Origin: an uncultured Anaerolineae bacterium
Lineage (GTDB): Bacteria; Chloroflexota; Anaerolineae; JACIWP01
Direction of reading: 5' to 3'
Assembly (NCBI GenBank): GCA_938049385.1
Contig: CALIBQ010000044.1
Coordinates: 1,680 to 65,679, forward strand
Length of the DNA stretch: 64,000 bases
Below the pieces are notes generated by a model. That model saw nothing but the letters and a program-made list of their open reading frames with translations. It made no database searches and was not told the origin of the DNA. Positions 48,146 through 57,457 of the stretch are shown here, piece by piece. The position numbers were made by a program, and so were the translations under genes. Within the stretch, counting starts at the first letter, position 1; every line of letters starts with the position of its first letter.

Positions 48146-48174
48146 TTGACAACGGCGCGATTTTGGAATATGCT
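48146..48174 (+). promoter_or_regulatory. Sigma70-type promoter for the Zn-ribbon/protease/transglutaminase unit
   Basis: TTGACA-17 bp-TATGCT. Confidence 0.6.
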
Positions 48175-48307
48175 AAAGGTGGAAATCCATGTTACTGCCG
48201 GCATGATGGATACTGTGTACGTAGGAATACGAAAAGGGGTGCGTAGAGAGAGGATCATGGATTGATGCGGACGATGAGGTCGCCGGCCGGCACAAGGAGG
48301 TTGGACG

Positions 48308-48685
48308 ATGGTAAACCTGACGCAAATTGAAGAATATCTGCGCGAAATGGGCTGTCCCCGCTGTTATTCCACGCGTCTGGAGGTCTGCGTCCAGTTGGAA
48401 ACGGAAAATGGACTGCCCCGGATCATGGTGGTATGTCAGCAGTGCGGGTTCCGGTTCGAAATCAACGGCGAGGCCCTGACCTGGGACGCATTGGAGAAGC
48501 AGGTGGAACGCGATGTTCGCCGGAAGGGCTGCCCCCGATGCGGCAGTCATCGTCTGGAGCTGAACTTCCGGTGTTCGCTGGAATCGCGGCGCAGTTTCCA
48601 CGTGGCCACCTGCCAGGATTGTGGGGCGGTCTTCATTGTGGAGAAGCAGTTGGACGAACCGCGACCAGGGATTTTTGATATGTGA
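48308..48685 (+). CDS. Small protein with two tandem zinc-ribbon repeats (hypothetical)
   Basis: GCPRC.S.RLE....C..CG..F repeated twice; AAGGAGG SD. Confidence 0.75.
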   Translation: MVNLTQIEEYLREMGCPRCYSTRLEVCVQLETENGLPRIMVVCQQCGFRFEINGEALTWDALEKQVERDVRRKGCPRCGSHRLELNFRCSLESRRSFHVATCQDCGAVFIVEKQLDEPRPGIFDM

Positions 48686-48705
48686 ATCGTGAAGGAGAAC
48701 AGGAC

Positions 48706-49824
48706 ATGAAAGGCTCCATTCGGGTAGGTAAGCTCTTTGGCATCCCGCTGTTCATTCATTATACTTGGTTCGTCATTGTGGCACTGATCACCGTCTCGTT
48801 CGCCACAGTTAACTACCCGAGCCAATACCCGGGCTGGCCGGCCGCTTCCTACTGGCTGGCCGGCCTGCTCACGGCGCTCCTGCTGTTCGCATCGGTGTTG
48901 ATTCACGAGCTTTCCCACAGCCTGGTGTCGCGGGCCCAGGGCGTGCCGGTGGACAGCATCACCCTGTTCATCTTCGGCGGGGTGGCGAACATCCGTGAGG
49001 AGCCGCGCAAGGCGCGCCATGAACTGCTGATGGCGGCCGCCGGCCCTGCTTCATCCCTGCTCCTGGCCCTGCTCCTGGGCATCGCGGCGCTGGTGGCGCC
49101 GGCGAGGTCGTTTGCGGCCGGCCTGGCGCGCACCCTGGCCCTCATCAACCTGTGGGTGGGGCTGTTCAACCTCATCCCCGGCTTCCCCCTCGACGGCGGC
49201 CGGGTCCTGCGCTCCCTCGTCTGGTGGGGCAGTAGCGATATCGTGCAGTCCACCCGCATCGCCTCCATCATCGGGCGGGTCATTGCCACGCTGATGATTA
49301 TCAGCGGGTTCCTGGTGGCTATCTTCCTGGGCGATTGGGTGAGTGGCCTATGGCTGGTCTTCATCGGCTGGTTCCTGGACAATGCCGCCGTGCAGAGCTA
49401 TCAGCAGTTGCTCCTGCGGGAGGCGCTCGCCGGCGTAACCGCTCGCCAGCTCATGAGTCCCCTCTGCCCGACCATCGAGGATGACCCCGACCTGCAGACC
49501 GTGGTGGATGAATTGGTGCTGGGCACCGGCCAGCGCTGTCTGTTCATCGCGCGGGAAAACCGCCTGGCCGGCCTGCTGACCCTGCACCATATCAAGAGCG
49601 TGCCGAAGGAGCGCTGGCGGGAAACGCACGTCTCCGAGGTGATGACCCCATCTGCAGAGATTAAATCGGTGGATGTCAACCAGAGCGGGCTGAACATCCT
49701 GCGCACCATGGACGAGGCCAATGTGAACCAGATTCCGGTGGTGGAGGGAGACCGCTTGGTGGGCATTATCACGCGGGAGCATGTACTGCATTACATCCGC
49801 AACCGCATTGAGCTAGGGTTATAG
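48706..49824 (+). CDS. Site-2 (M50) metalloprotease with CBS domain pair
   Basis: HELSH, LFIFGGVA, AAAGP, FNLIPGFPLDGGR; C-terminal CBS pair. Confidence 0.93.
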   Translation: MKGSIRVGKLFGIPLFIHYTWFVIVALITVSFATVNYPSQYPGWPAASYWLAGLLTALLLFASVLIHELSHSLVSRAQGVPVDSITLFIFGGVANIREEPRKARHELLMAAAGPASSLLLALLLGIAALVAPARSFAAGLARTLALINLWVGLFNLIPGFPLDGGRVLRSLVWWGSSDIVQSTRIASIIGRVIATLMIISGFLVAIFLGDWVSGLWLVFIGWFLDNAAVQSYQQLLLREALAGVTARQLMSPLCPTIEDDPDLQTVVDELVLGTGQRCLFIARENRLAGLLTLHHIKSVPKERWRETHVSEVMTPSAEIKSVDVNQSGLNILRTMDEANVNQIPVVEGDRLVGIITREHVLHYIRNRIELGL

Positions 49825-49845
49825 CGCCGGCGAAAGAGGTGGCGC

Positions 49846-52146
49846 GTGACAGACGAGGAAGGGCTGGCGCGCTGGCGTGAACTGCGCCTGTCCTTTGTGC
49901 TTCTGCTGTTGATATATCTCAATTTGACCTGGTCCATTCAGGGCGCCCGCTGGGCGGAGGGCCTGCACATCCTGCCGTGGGTAGTCCTGGGCACGGTGGT
50001 GCTGGGTTTCTTGCTGGCCATCAGCAGATGGCCGGCGCACGCCGCACACGGCTACATCCTCTTCGTCGGCGTTATTACTAACAGCCTCCTCCTCTGCGCC
50101 CTGGTATCTCCGGAGCTTTCATGGCAGGACCGTCTTATTGAGGTGGGCCTGCGGCTCTATCACTGGTTCATGGTCCTGCTGGGCGGCGGCACCAGCTACG
50201 ATAACCTGGTGTTTGTGGCGGAGCTGGCGCTCCTGCTGTGGATCGTCGGCTATGTGTCCGCCTGGCAGTATTTCCGCCACCGCCGGCTGTGGTGGGCCCT
50301 TTTCCCGCCCACCGCCGGCCTCATGTTCAATCTGTATTACGCCCCGCCGGAACTACTGCCCTATTTCATGATTCACTTGGGCCTCTGCCTCCTGCTCCTC
50401 ATCCGCCACCGCCTGCATCAACGCCAGGGGGAATGGCAGAAGGCCCGCATCTTGGCCGGCGACGAAGCCCGCTTCGACATCATCCGCGATGGCCTGATCA
50501 TCGCGCTCCTAGCCCTCTTCCTGGCCTGGACGCTTCCCGGCGCACAACAGGTGAAAGCCCTGGCGCGCTTCGGGGAACGCCTGGAGCGGCCGGTGCGCAC
50601 GGTCAAGGAGGAGTGGAACCGCCTCTTCGCCTCGCTCCAGCGCTACGGGCGTTCGCAGGAGCTGACCTTTGGGCCGACCAAACTGCTGGCCGGCGAGGTG
50701 CAGTTGACCGACGCGCCCATCGCTGATATCCAGGCGGCGGAAGGGCGCTATTGGGCGGCGGCCGTGTATGACTATTACGGCGGGCGCGGTTGGGCGGCGA
50801 CCTATACCGATCGCGGCCCGCTGGGGGAGAATTCCTCGCCGATGGCAGAGCCGCCGTATCGGATGCGCATGAAGGTGGAGCAGGTGGTGCGGGTGCGCTG
50901 GCCGGCCATGCGCATTATTCTGGCGGCCCCTCTGCTGTACCAGGTGGATATCCCGGCCGAGGCCCAGCTCCTCTATCTGCCGCGGGAGGGCGCCACGGCG
51001 GCGCGGCCGCCGGCGGATATCCAGATGGCTTTCCCCCAGCACCGCCTGTACGAGGGTGATGTCTATCGGGTGACGTCGTTGGTCTCTGCGGCAGACGAGG
51101 AGAGCCTGCGCGCCGCTGGCACGGATTATCCCGATTGGGTGCGGCAGTATTACCTGCAACTGCCCCAGGATGTGCCCCGGCGTCTGCGCTGGCTGGCCAG
51201 GTTCCTGACCCGTGGTCTGACCAACAATTACGATAAAGCGCTGGCCATCGAGAGCTTTCTGCGCCTGATCCCGTATAATGAGCATGTCGAGGCGCCGCCG
51301 CCGACGGAGGATGCCGTTGAGTATTTCATTTTCATGATGCGCGAGGGGTACTGCGACTATTATGCCTCGGCCATGGTGGTGCTGGCGCGCATCGCCGGCA
51401 TCCCTGCTCGCTTCGTACAGGGCTACGCGGTGGGAGAACCCGACGCGAACGGCGTGTATCATATCTTGGAAAGGAATGGACACGCCTGGGCGGAGCTGTA
51501 CTTCCCTGGATATGGATGGATCATCTTTGAGCCGACGCCGGCTCAGCCCCTGCCTGTGCGCTATGCCAACCGGGCGGAGGCGCTGATCGCTGAAGCGGAA
51601 CACCGCACCGCGCCGACCAATCCTCTGGAAGAGGAGGAAAAGTTCGGTCCGGACATGCCCCCTATGGGCGAAGCGGCGGGGCCGTTCGGGGTGGGGGAAC
51701 TGCCAACGCCGGCGCGGGTGGGGGCAGAGATCGGCATCGTGCTGGTGGGGTTGGCCCTGCTGGTGGGCATCCTCTGGGGCCTCTGGCGGTTGATGGAGCC
51801 GCGAAGACTGACGCCGGTGGAGCGTGCTTATCTGCGGCTGACACGATTGGCACGCGTGCTGGCCGGCGTGCGGGCTGAGCCGACCTGGACGCCGTATGAG
51901 TTTGCCGGGACGCTGGCGCGTCGGGCACCGGCGGCCGGTGGGAGCGTGCGCGCGCTGGCCGATATGTTCGTGCGGCAGAGGTACGGGCCGGCCGGCTCAG
52001 CAGTGGCAGAGGGCGACCCACTGGAGGTTTGGCGCCAGGCCAGTGCGGAGCTGTTGGGCGCGCGGATACGCGAGATATACCATCGGTTTATGGGGCTGGT
52101 ACGGCTACCGAAGGATTATGCCGGCTCCAGCGGCAGGGTGAAGTAG
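49846..52146 (+). CDS. Membrane transglutaminase-like protein (TgpA type)
   Basis: N-terminal TMs; GYCDYYASAM...R..GIPAR...GY, HAWAELYFPGYGW..FEPTP; TM and DUF4129-like TP.EF tail. Confidence 0.9.
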   Translation: MTDEEGLARWRELRLSFVLLLLIYLNLTWSIQGARWAEGLHILPWVVLGTVVLGFLLAISRWPAHAAHGYILFVGVITNSLLLCALVSPELSWQDRLIEVGLRLYHWFMVLLGGGTSYDNLVFVAELALLLWIVGYVSAWQYFRHRRLWWALFPPTAGLMFNLYYAPPELLPYFMIHLGLCLLLLIRHRLHQRQGEWQKARILAGDEARFDIIRDGLIIALLALFLAWTLPGAQQVKALARFGERLERPVRTVKEEWNRLFASLQRYGRSQELTFGPTKLLAGEVQLTDAPIADIQAAEGRYWAAAVYDYYGGRGWAATYTDRGPLGENSSPMAEPPYRMRMKVEQVVRVRWPAMRIILAAPLLYQVDIPAEAQLLYLPREGATAARPPADIQMAFPQHRLYEGDVYRVTSLVSAADEESLRAAGTDYPDWVRQYYLQLPQDVPRRLRWLARFLTRGLTNNYDKALAIESFLRLIPYNEHVEAPPPTEDAVEYFIFMMREGYCDYYASAMVVLARIAGIPARFVQGYAVGEPDANGVYHILERNGHAWAELYFPGYGWIIFEPTPAQPLPVRYANRAEALIAEAEHRTAPTNPLEEEEKFGPDMPPMGEAAGPFGVGELPTPARVGAEIGIVLVGLALLVGILWGLWRLMEPRRLTPVERAYLRLTRLARVLAGVRAEPTWTPYEFAGTLARRAPAAGGSVRALADMFVRQRYGPAGSAVAEGDPLEVWRQASAELLGARIREIYHRFMGLVRLPKDYAGSSGRVK

Positions 52147-53708
52147 AACCGGCTCCCTTGGCCGGGGACGCTCTCCACGCCGATCTGACCCCCACAGCGC
52201 TGGATCATCTCCCGGGCGATGGTCAGGCCCAGGCCGATGCCGCCGTGCTCCCGCGTCAGCGAATCCTCGACCTGATAAAACGGCTCGAAGATGTGCGGAA
52301 TGGCATCGGGAGGAATGCCGATGCCGGTATCGGTGACCTCGACCAGCAGTTCGCCGTTCCGTGCCTCGGCGCTGATGCGCACTTTGCCGCCGGCCGGCGT
52401 GAACTTGATGGCGTTGGAGAGCAGGTTGGTCAGGATCACCCCCACTTTCTGCCGGTCGGAGACCACGGGCGGGAGGTCGGCCGGCAGGTCCACCAGCACG
52501 GTGAGCGGCTTCTCGCGCGCCAGCGGCCCTAGTTCTTCCAGCACCTCCGCCACCACATCCCGGATGTGCAGTGTCTCGGGGTGAAAGGCGATTTCCCCTG
52601 TTTCCAGGTAGCGCAGGTTGAGCATGTCGTCAATCAGCGATCGCAGACGCACGGCGTTGCGCACGACGATTTCGAGCCGTTCGCGCGTCTCGCCGGTGGT
52701 TTCCTCGGCTAGGATGCTGGCATAGCCCATAAGGATAGCCAAGGGAGTGCGCAGTTCATGAGCGGCAATGTTGATGAACTCCCGCTTCATGTGATCCAGG
52801 CGCTTGACCTCTTCGTAGGCACGCTGGATCTCGGCGAAGAGGCGGGCGTTGGAGAGGGCGATGCCGGCCTGGCCGCACAGGATGGACAGCAGTTCCACGT
52901 CGCTGGCATCAAAAGGGGAGGCGCCGGCCTCGCGTGCGGCGATCAGCACGCCGCTGGGCTTATTCTGCACGATGATGGGCGTTCCGACCAAGGGGCCGAT
53001 GCCGGCCTCTAACGCTATCGAGCGTGTGGTGGTAGGGAGCAGTTCCGTCCCATGCAGGATGACCTGCTGGTTCAGCTCCAGGATTTCCCATGGCAGGGAC
53101 CACCCCTGGTGGGGAGAGCTGATGCGCACGTCGGAGAGGATGCCGGCGGCCTTGCGGGCGGTGATCCAGCCGCGCTGGGTGTCAAGGAGCATGACGAGGG
53201 CGCCGGCGGCATGGGTCTCCTGATGCGCGATGCGCAGGACATGCTCCAGGATTTCTTCCTCTTTGACCGTAGAAAGAAAGGCCTTGCTCAGGTCGAACAG
53301 GGGGATTAAAGCCCGCAGACGGATGTTCTCCCGCTGGAGCCGCACCTTGGTCAGCGCCTTGCTGACAGAGGAGACCAGTTCATCGGGGGTAAAGGGTTTG
53401 ACGATGAACTCGTCAATGCCCAGGCGCAGGGCCTCGATGGCCAGGTTCATGGTGCTGAAGCCGGTCATGGTGACACAGACAAGATTGGCGTTGCCCTCTT
53501 TCATGGCACGGGCCAGCTCCAGCCCGCCCAACCCGGGCATTTTGATATCGGTGAGCAGGAGGTCGAAGGTCTGCTCACGCGCTGTATTCAGCGCTTCCCA
53601 GCCATCCGAGGCGCGCGCAACCTGATAGCCCTCTGTCTCCAGGACGCGCTGACAAAGGTCCAGCACATCTACCTCGTCATCCACGACCAGAACGCGTTCG
53701 CGCGGCAT
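52116..53708 (-). CDS. Hybrid REC-GAF histidine kinase
   Basis: REC (LTDIKMP, KPF), GAF, AHELRTPL, NLLSNAIKFT, DTGIGI, GIGLGL. Confidence 0.92.
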   Translation of the reverse strand: MPRERVLVVDDEVDVLDLCQRVLETEGYQVARASDGWEALNTAREQTFDLLLTDIKMPGLGGLELARAMKEGNANLVCVTMTGFSTMNLAIEALRLGIDEFIVKPFTPDELVSSVSKALTKVRLQRENIRLRALIPLFDLSKAFLSTVKEEEILEHVLRIAHQETHAAGALVMLLDTQRGWITARKAAGILSDVRISSPHQGWSLPWEILELNQQVILHGTELLPTTTRSIALEAGIGPLVGTPIIVQNKPSGVLIAAREAGASPFDASDVELLSILCGQAGIALSNARLFAEIQRAYEEVKRLDHMKREFINIAAHELRTPLAILMGYASILAEETTGETRERLEIVVRNAVRLRSLIDDMLNLRYLETGEIAFHPETLHIRDVVAEVLEELGPLAREKPLTVLVDLPADLPPVVSDRQKVGVILTNLLSNAIKFTPAGGKVRISAEARNGELLVEVTDTGIGIPPDAIPHIFEPFYQVEDSLTREHGGIGLGLTIAREMIQRCGGQIGVESVPGQGSRFYFTLPLEPA

Positions 53709-53744
53709 CCGATGGCTCCGAAGGATTGGGGTCAGAGATGGAAC

Positions 53745-54338
53745 TTAGGCCTTTTCCTTGCGTTCCTGGGAAGGGCGTTCCTGGACGTTGCGCATGGCTT
53801 CGCGTTCGATCCAGCGGTCCAGGAGGGCTTTTTTGACGCGCCACTGCCGGCCGATCTTGAACGCCGGGATCTCGCCGTCGCGGGCCAGCCGGCGCACGGT
53901 CAGCTCATGCAGGCTCAGATAGCGCGCCACTTCTTCGATGGTCATGATCTCATCAATATCCTCGAACGGCTTGGCGATGAAGTCCTGCGCGCCCAGCGCC
54001 ATGGCGCGTTTGATCTCCTCTTCCACCGAATAGCCGCTCATCATGACCACGATGCTGTCCGGGCTGAGCTTCTTGATCTCTTCCAGCGTCTGTACGCCGT
54101 CCATGCCTGGCAGGCGCACGTCCAGGAAGATGAGATTGTACGGCTCGGACTTGATCATTTCGAGGGCTTCGTAGCCGTCGCGAGCGATGGTGACCGTCGT
54201 TTGTGGGCCGCCCAGCAGGCGCTGGAACATGTAGCCGATTTCCTGGTCGTCGTCCACGACGAGGACCTTGAAGCTCTTCTGCGGCTGTTCCTCTTTTGCT
54301 TGCCGGCCGCGCTTGCGGGCCTTTCCTTCCTCTGTCAT
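53745..54338 (-). CDS. Response regulator with C-terminal excisionase-like (HTH_17) DNA-binding domain
   Basis: REC (VVDDD, LDVRLP, KPF) followed by IMTIEEVARYL.L...TVRRLAR.GEIPAFKIGRQWR. Confidence 0.88.
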   Translation of the reverse strand: MTEEGKARKRGRQAKEEQPQKSFKVLVVDDDQEIGYMFQRLLGGPQTTVTIARDGYEALEMIKSEPYNLIFLDVRLPGMDGVQTLEEIKKLSPDSIVVMMSGYSVEEEIKRAMALGAQDFIAKPFEDIDEIMTIEEVARYLSLHELTVRRLARDGEIPAFKIGRQWRVKKALLDRWIEREAMRNVQERPSQERKEKA

Positions 54339-54405
54339 GTGGAGTTACCCCCTGTATTCCTGCCTGATTACTGCCTAATAGGATTCAAGCGATCCGACTA
54401 TCTCG

Positions 54406-54434
54406 ATTATACTAAACGCCATAATGTTTGTCAA
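54406..54434 (-). promoter_or_regulatory. Consensus sigma70 promoter
   Basis: TTGACA-17 bp-TATAAT. Confidence 0.75.
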
Positions 54435-54752
54435 TATATCTTTATGTATGCCAGCGCAACCGGGGAATACTTGGAATGTCAAAGAATGGGATAAGGGGGC
54501 AGTGAAAAGGTGATCGTCATTGCCAAAGACGTTTCTCCTATGCGGGAGGAAAATAAAGAGGCTGTGCCTCATCCCCGGCCCTTCCCTGCGGGGAGGAAAG
54601 CCGCGCGGAAGAGGTGGAAGCTCCTGGTGGGTTTCGCACCCTGAGCCAGGCGCTTCAGCGTCTAGCGAGGCCCGAGCACCGCCCCCGCACGCGGGCAGGG
54701 CAGTGAAACAGAGACAGTCATCTTGTCGGTAACCGCCGCCTGGGCGGCGCGG

Positions 54753-56021
54753 CTACAGGGCCGAGAGGAACTGTTGGAAGCGGTCTTCCTGTTCAAAGGG
54801 GCCGACCACGGCGATGTTGAAATGGTCGGGGGTCAGTACAGCCTGCATGACGCGCTGGATATCGTCGGGTGTGGCGGCTTCCATCTGGGCGATGACTTCA
54901 TCCACGGAGAAGACATCGCCGGGCAGGATTTCCTGCCGGCCGTACCAGCTCGCGATGGCGGAGGTGTTTTCCATCTGGAGCAGGAGCCGTCCCTTGTTGA
55001 ACTCCTTGGCGCGCGTCAGCTCGTCGGCGGAGATCGGTTCGTCACGCATGCGGCGCAGTTCGCGAATGATGGCCTCCAGCGCCGGCTCGGCGCGGGATGG
55101 GTCGACGCCGGCGTAAATCCCCAACATGCCGGTATCCCGCAGGAAGCTGATGTATGAATCCACGCTGTAGGCCAGCGCCTGGCGCTCCCGTATCTCTTGG
55201 AACAGGCGGGAGCTCATCCCGTCCCCCAGGATGGTGTTGGCCAGGGTCAGCACGAAGCGGTCCGGGTGATTGCGGGAAAGGCCAGGAAATCCGAGGCAGA
55301 TATGGGCCTGCTCCGTGTCCTTGAAGACCACTTTTGCCTCGGTGTGCGGCGCGTTATGGTAGGGCAGGGGGTCGCACCCGGGCACCTTGCGCCAGTCCCG
55401 GAACAGGGCTTCTACCTGGTCGCGGGTTTGCGCCGGCTCGATGGCGCCGGCGATGCTGATGACGACGCGGGGCGGGCCGTAATACTGGTCCATGTATGCC
55501 AGCAGTTTGTCGCGGGTGATGCCGCGCACCGATTCGCGCGTGCCGCTGATGTCCCGGCCCAGCGGGTGGGCCGGCCAGACCAGGTTGTTGATGGTCATCT
55601 GTGCCAGCGACTCCGGCGAGTCATACAGCATATTGATTTCCTCGATGACCACCCGCTGTTCCTTGGCGAATTCCTCGGGGTCCATGATGGGGCGCATGAG
55701 CATGTCAGCCAGTAGCTCCAGCGCAACGTGTTCATGGGGCTGGGCGATCTTCACCCAGTATAAAGTGGTCTCGCGGCCGGTGCTGGCGTTGATGACCCCC
55801 CCAATGCCTTCGATGGTCTCGGAGATGGCGCGGGCGGTGGGCCAGCGGGAGGAGCCTTTGAAAAGCATATGTTCGATGAGGTGGCAGACGCCGGCGTCCT
55901 CATCCGGCTCGTAGCGCGAGCCGACCGCAACAAATACCGAAATGGCCACCGACCGAACGTACGGCACAGGGATGGTCAGGAGGATCAGGCCGTTATCCAG
56001 GATGGTCTTGATGTAGTTCAC
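54753..56021 (-). CDS. M16 (pitrilysin) family zinc peptidase
   Basis: GSRYE...GVCHLIEHMLFKGS (HxxEH), NAST, E..VV.EE, SSRLFQEIRE...LAY; GTG overlapping the upstream stop. Confidence 0.93.
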   Translation of the reverse strand: MNYIKTILDNGLILLTIPVPYVRSVAISVFVAVGSRYEPDEDAGVCHLIEHMLFKGSSRWPTARAISETIEGIGGVINASTGRETTLYWVKIAQPHEHVALELLADMLMRPIMDPEEFAKEQRVVIEEINMLYDSPESLAQMTINNLVWPAHPLGRDISGTRESVRGITRDKLLAYMDQYYGPPRVVISIAGAIEPAQTRDQVEALFRDWRKVPGCDPLPYHNAPHTEAKVVFKDTEQAHICLGFPGLSRNHPDRFVLTLANTILGDGMSSRLFQEIRERQALAYSVDSYISFLRDTGMLGIYAGVDPSRAEPALEAIIRELRRMRDEPISADELTRAKEFNKGRLLLQMENTSAIASWYGRQEILPGDVFSVDEVIAQMEAATPDDIQRVMQAVLTPDHFNIAVVGPFEQEDRFQQFLSAL

Positions 56022-56686
56022 GGTGTACCTCGCAGTTGGTTCAGCAGGTCTTCGGCGGTGGCGCGCCACTGGGGGTCCTGGCTTTTGGCGAGAAAAGTCT
56101 CCAAGGCCTGAATGGCTTCTTCGGTTCGGTCCAATCCCTTGTACGTGTAGCCCAGCGCCAGATAGGTCTCGGCCAGCTCAGGGTTCAGCTCGCGCGCCCG
56201 CTCCAGCTCGGGCAGGGCTTCCTGGAAGCGGTTCGTCTGGGCGTAAATACTGCCCAGGTTGTAGTGCAGGTCAGCATCATTCGGCTGAAGGGCGATGGCC
56301 TTCTGTAACTGCGCGATGGCATCGTCCCATTTGCCCATATGGGCGTAGGCCACCGCTAAATTGGAGAGGGCGTCCGGGTTCCGGGGATTGAGGCGCAGGG
56401 CGGCCTCGTATTCGGAGGCCGCTTCGGAGAAGCGGCCTTGGTCTGCCAGGACATTGCCCAGGACGAAATGGGCTTCGGCAAGGTTGGGGTTCAGCTCGAT
56501 GGCCTTGCGCAGGTTCTTTTCGGCGCCGGCCAGGTCGCCGGCCTGCTGGGCCTGCCGGCCGGATTTCAGGTAGGCGGCGGCATTGCCGGGGGCCGGCGCG
56601 CTGCCCGAGCAGGCGGACAGCACCATAAGCCCCAGCGCCAGGCATACCAATATGAAGACTATCGGCGGACGCTTGAACAGTCGCAT
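56018..56686 (-). CDS. TPR-repeat lipoprotein
   Basis: Lipobox LSA|C; about 5 TPRs (A..L.P...A...LG). Confidence 0.88.
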   Translation of the reverse strand: MRLFKRPPIVFILVCLALGLMVLSACSGSAPAPGNAAAYLKSGRQAQQAGDLAGAEKNLRKAIELNPNLAEAHFVLGNVLADQGRFSEAASEYEAALRLNPRNPDALSNLAVAYAHMGKWDDAIAQLQKAIALQPNDADLHYNLGSIYAQTNRFQEALPELERARELNPELAETYLALGYTYKGLDRTEEAIQALETFLAKSQDPQWRATAEDLLNQLRGTP

Positions 56687-56731
56687 GAACGCCCTCCTGG
56701 CTATGCGGCCGGCAGAATATCCGGCACCGGC

Positions 56732-57373
56732 TCAGTCCTGTCGGGGGTTCAGCACCACAATCTGGGTTTCCTCCGGCAGGCTGGCCGGCGTGACCTTCAG
56801 CACATCCAGCGGCTCGGGCATGGAAATGCCCACTTCTTTCAGGAAGACATCCAGGCCGGCGAGCGGCAGAGTGGTGAACTTTGTCTTGTAATGGATGGGC
56901 ACCACGATGCGCGGCTCCAGCAGGCTGATGACCTCGGCGGCCTCGGCGGCCTTCAGGCACTGATGCCCTCCTACCGGCACCAGCAGGACATCAATATGTC
57001 CCAGGGCCTCGATCTGTGCCTGGGTGGGCACATGGCCGAGGTCGCCCAGGTGGCACACGCTGAGGCCGTTGAACTCGTAGAGGTAGACGGTGTTAGGGCC
57101 GCGCTGGCTCCCCTGCTTTTTGTCGTGAAAGGTGGCGATGCCGGTGATGAATACCCCCTTGATCTCATATTCGCCTGGGCCGGCGATGATAAAGGGGTTC
57201 CCCTTGCAAGCCTTCACATAGGCATGATGGGGGTCGTCATGGCTGATAGTGACGATATCCGCCTTCAGCCGCGGCAGGGTGTAGCCGGTGGTCTCGTCAT
57301 ATGGGTCGGTGATGATGGTGACGCCCATCTCGCGGATGCGACAGCAGGCGTGGCCTAACCAGGTAATCTCCAT
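56732..57373 (-). CDS. MBL-fold metallo-hydrolase (Lactamase_B_3-like)
   Basis: ITWLGHAC, ITDPY, TISHDDPHH, HLGDLGH, VPIHY. Confidence 0.88.
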   Translation of the reverse strand: MEITWLGHACCRIREMGVTIITDPYDETTGYTLPRLKADIVTISHDDPHHAYVKACKGNPFIIAGPGEYEIKGVFITGIATFHDKKQGSQRGPNTVYLYEFNGLSVCHLGDLGHVPTQAQIEALGHIDVLLVPVGGHQCLKAAEAAEVISLLEPRIVVPIHYKTKFTTLPLAGLDVFLKEVGISMPEPLDVLKVTPASLPEETQIVVLNPRQD

Positions 57374-57457
57374 GCAGTTTTCCCTTTACCTCGAGGATTT
57401 GCCCGAGGCATTATACCGTATTTCGCCGGCTTTGCCAATATTATCCCTGCCGGCGCC

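Noticed and set aside
53745-53950. Excisionase-like domain as a sign of a prophage or ICE
   Set aside because: It is fused to a receiver domain, and no integrase, att site or phage genes are nearby.
54560-54705. Degenerate hairpin-rich stretch resembling the 952-1005 palindrome
   Set aside because: Similarity is too short and decayed to define boundaries by eye.
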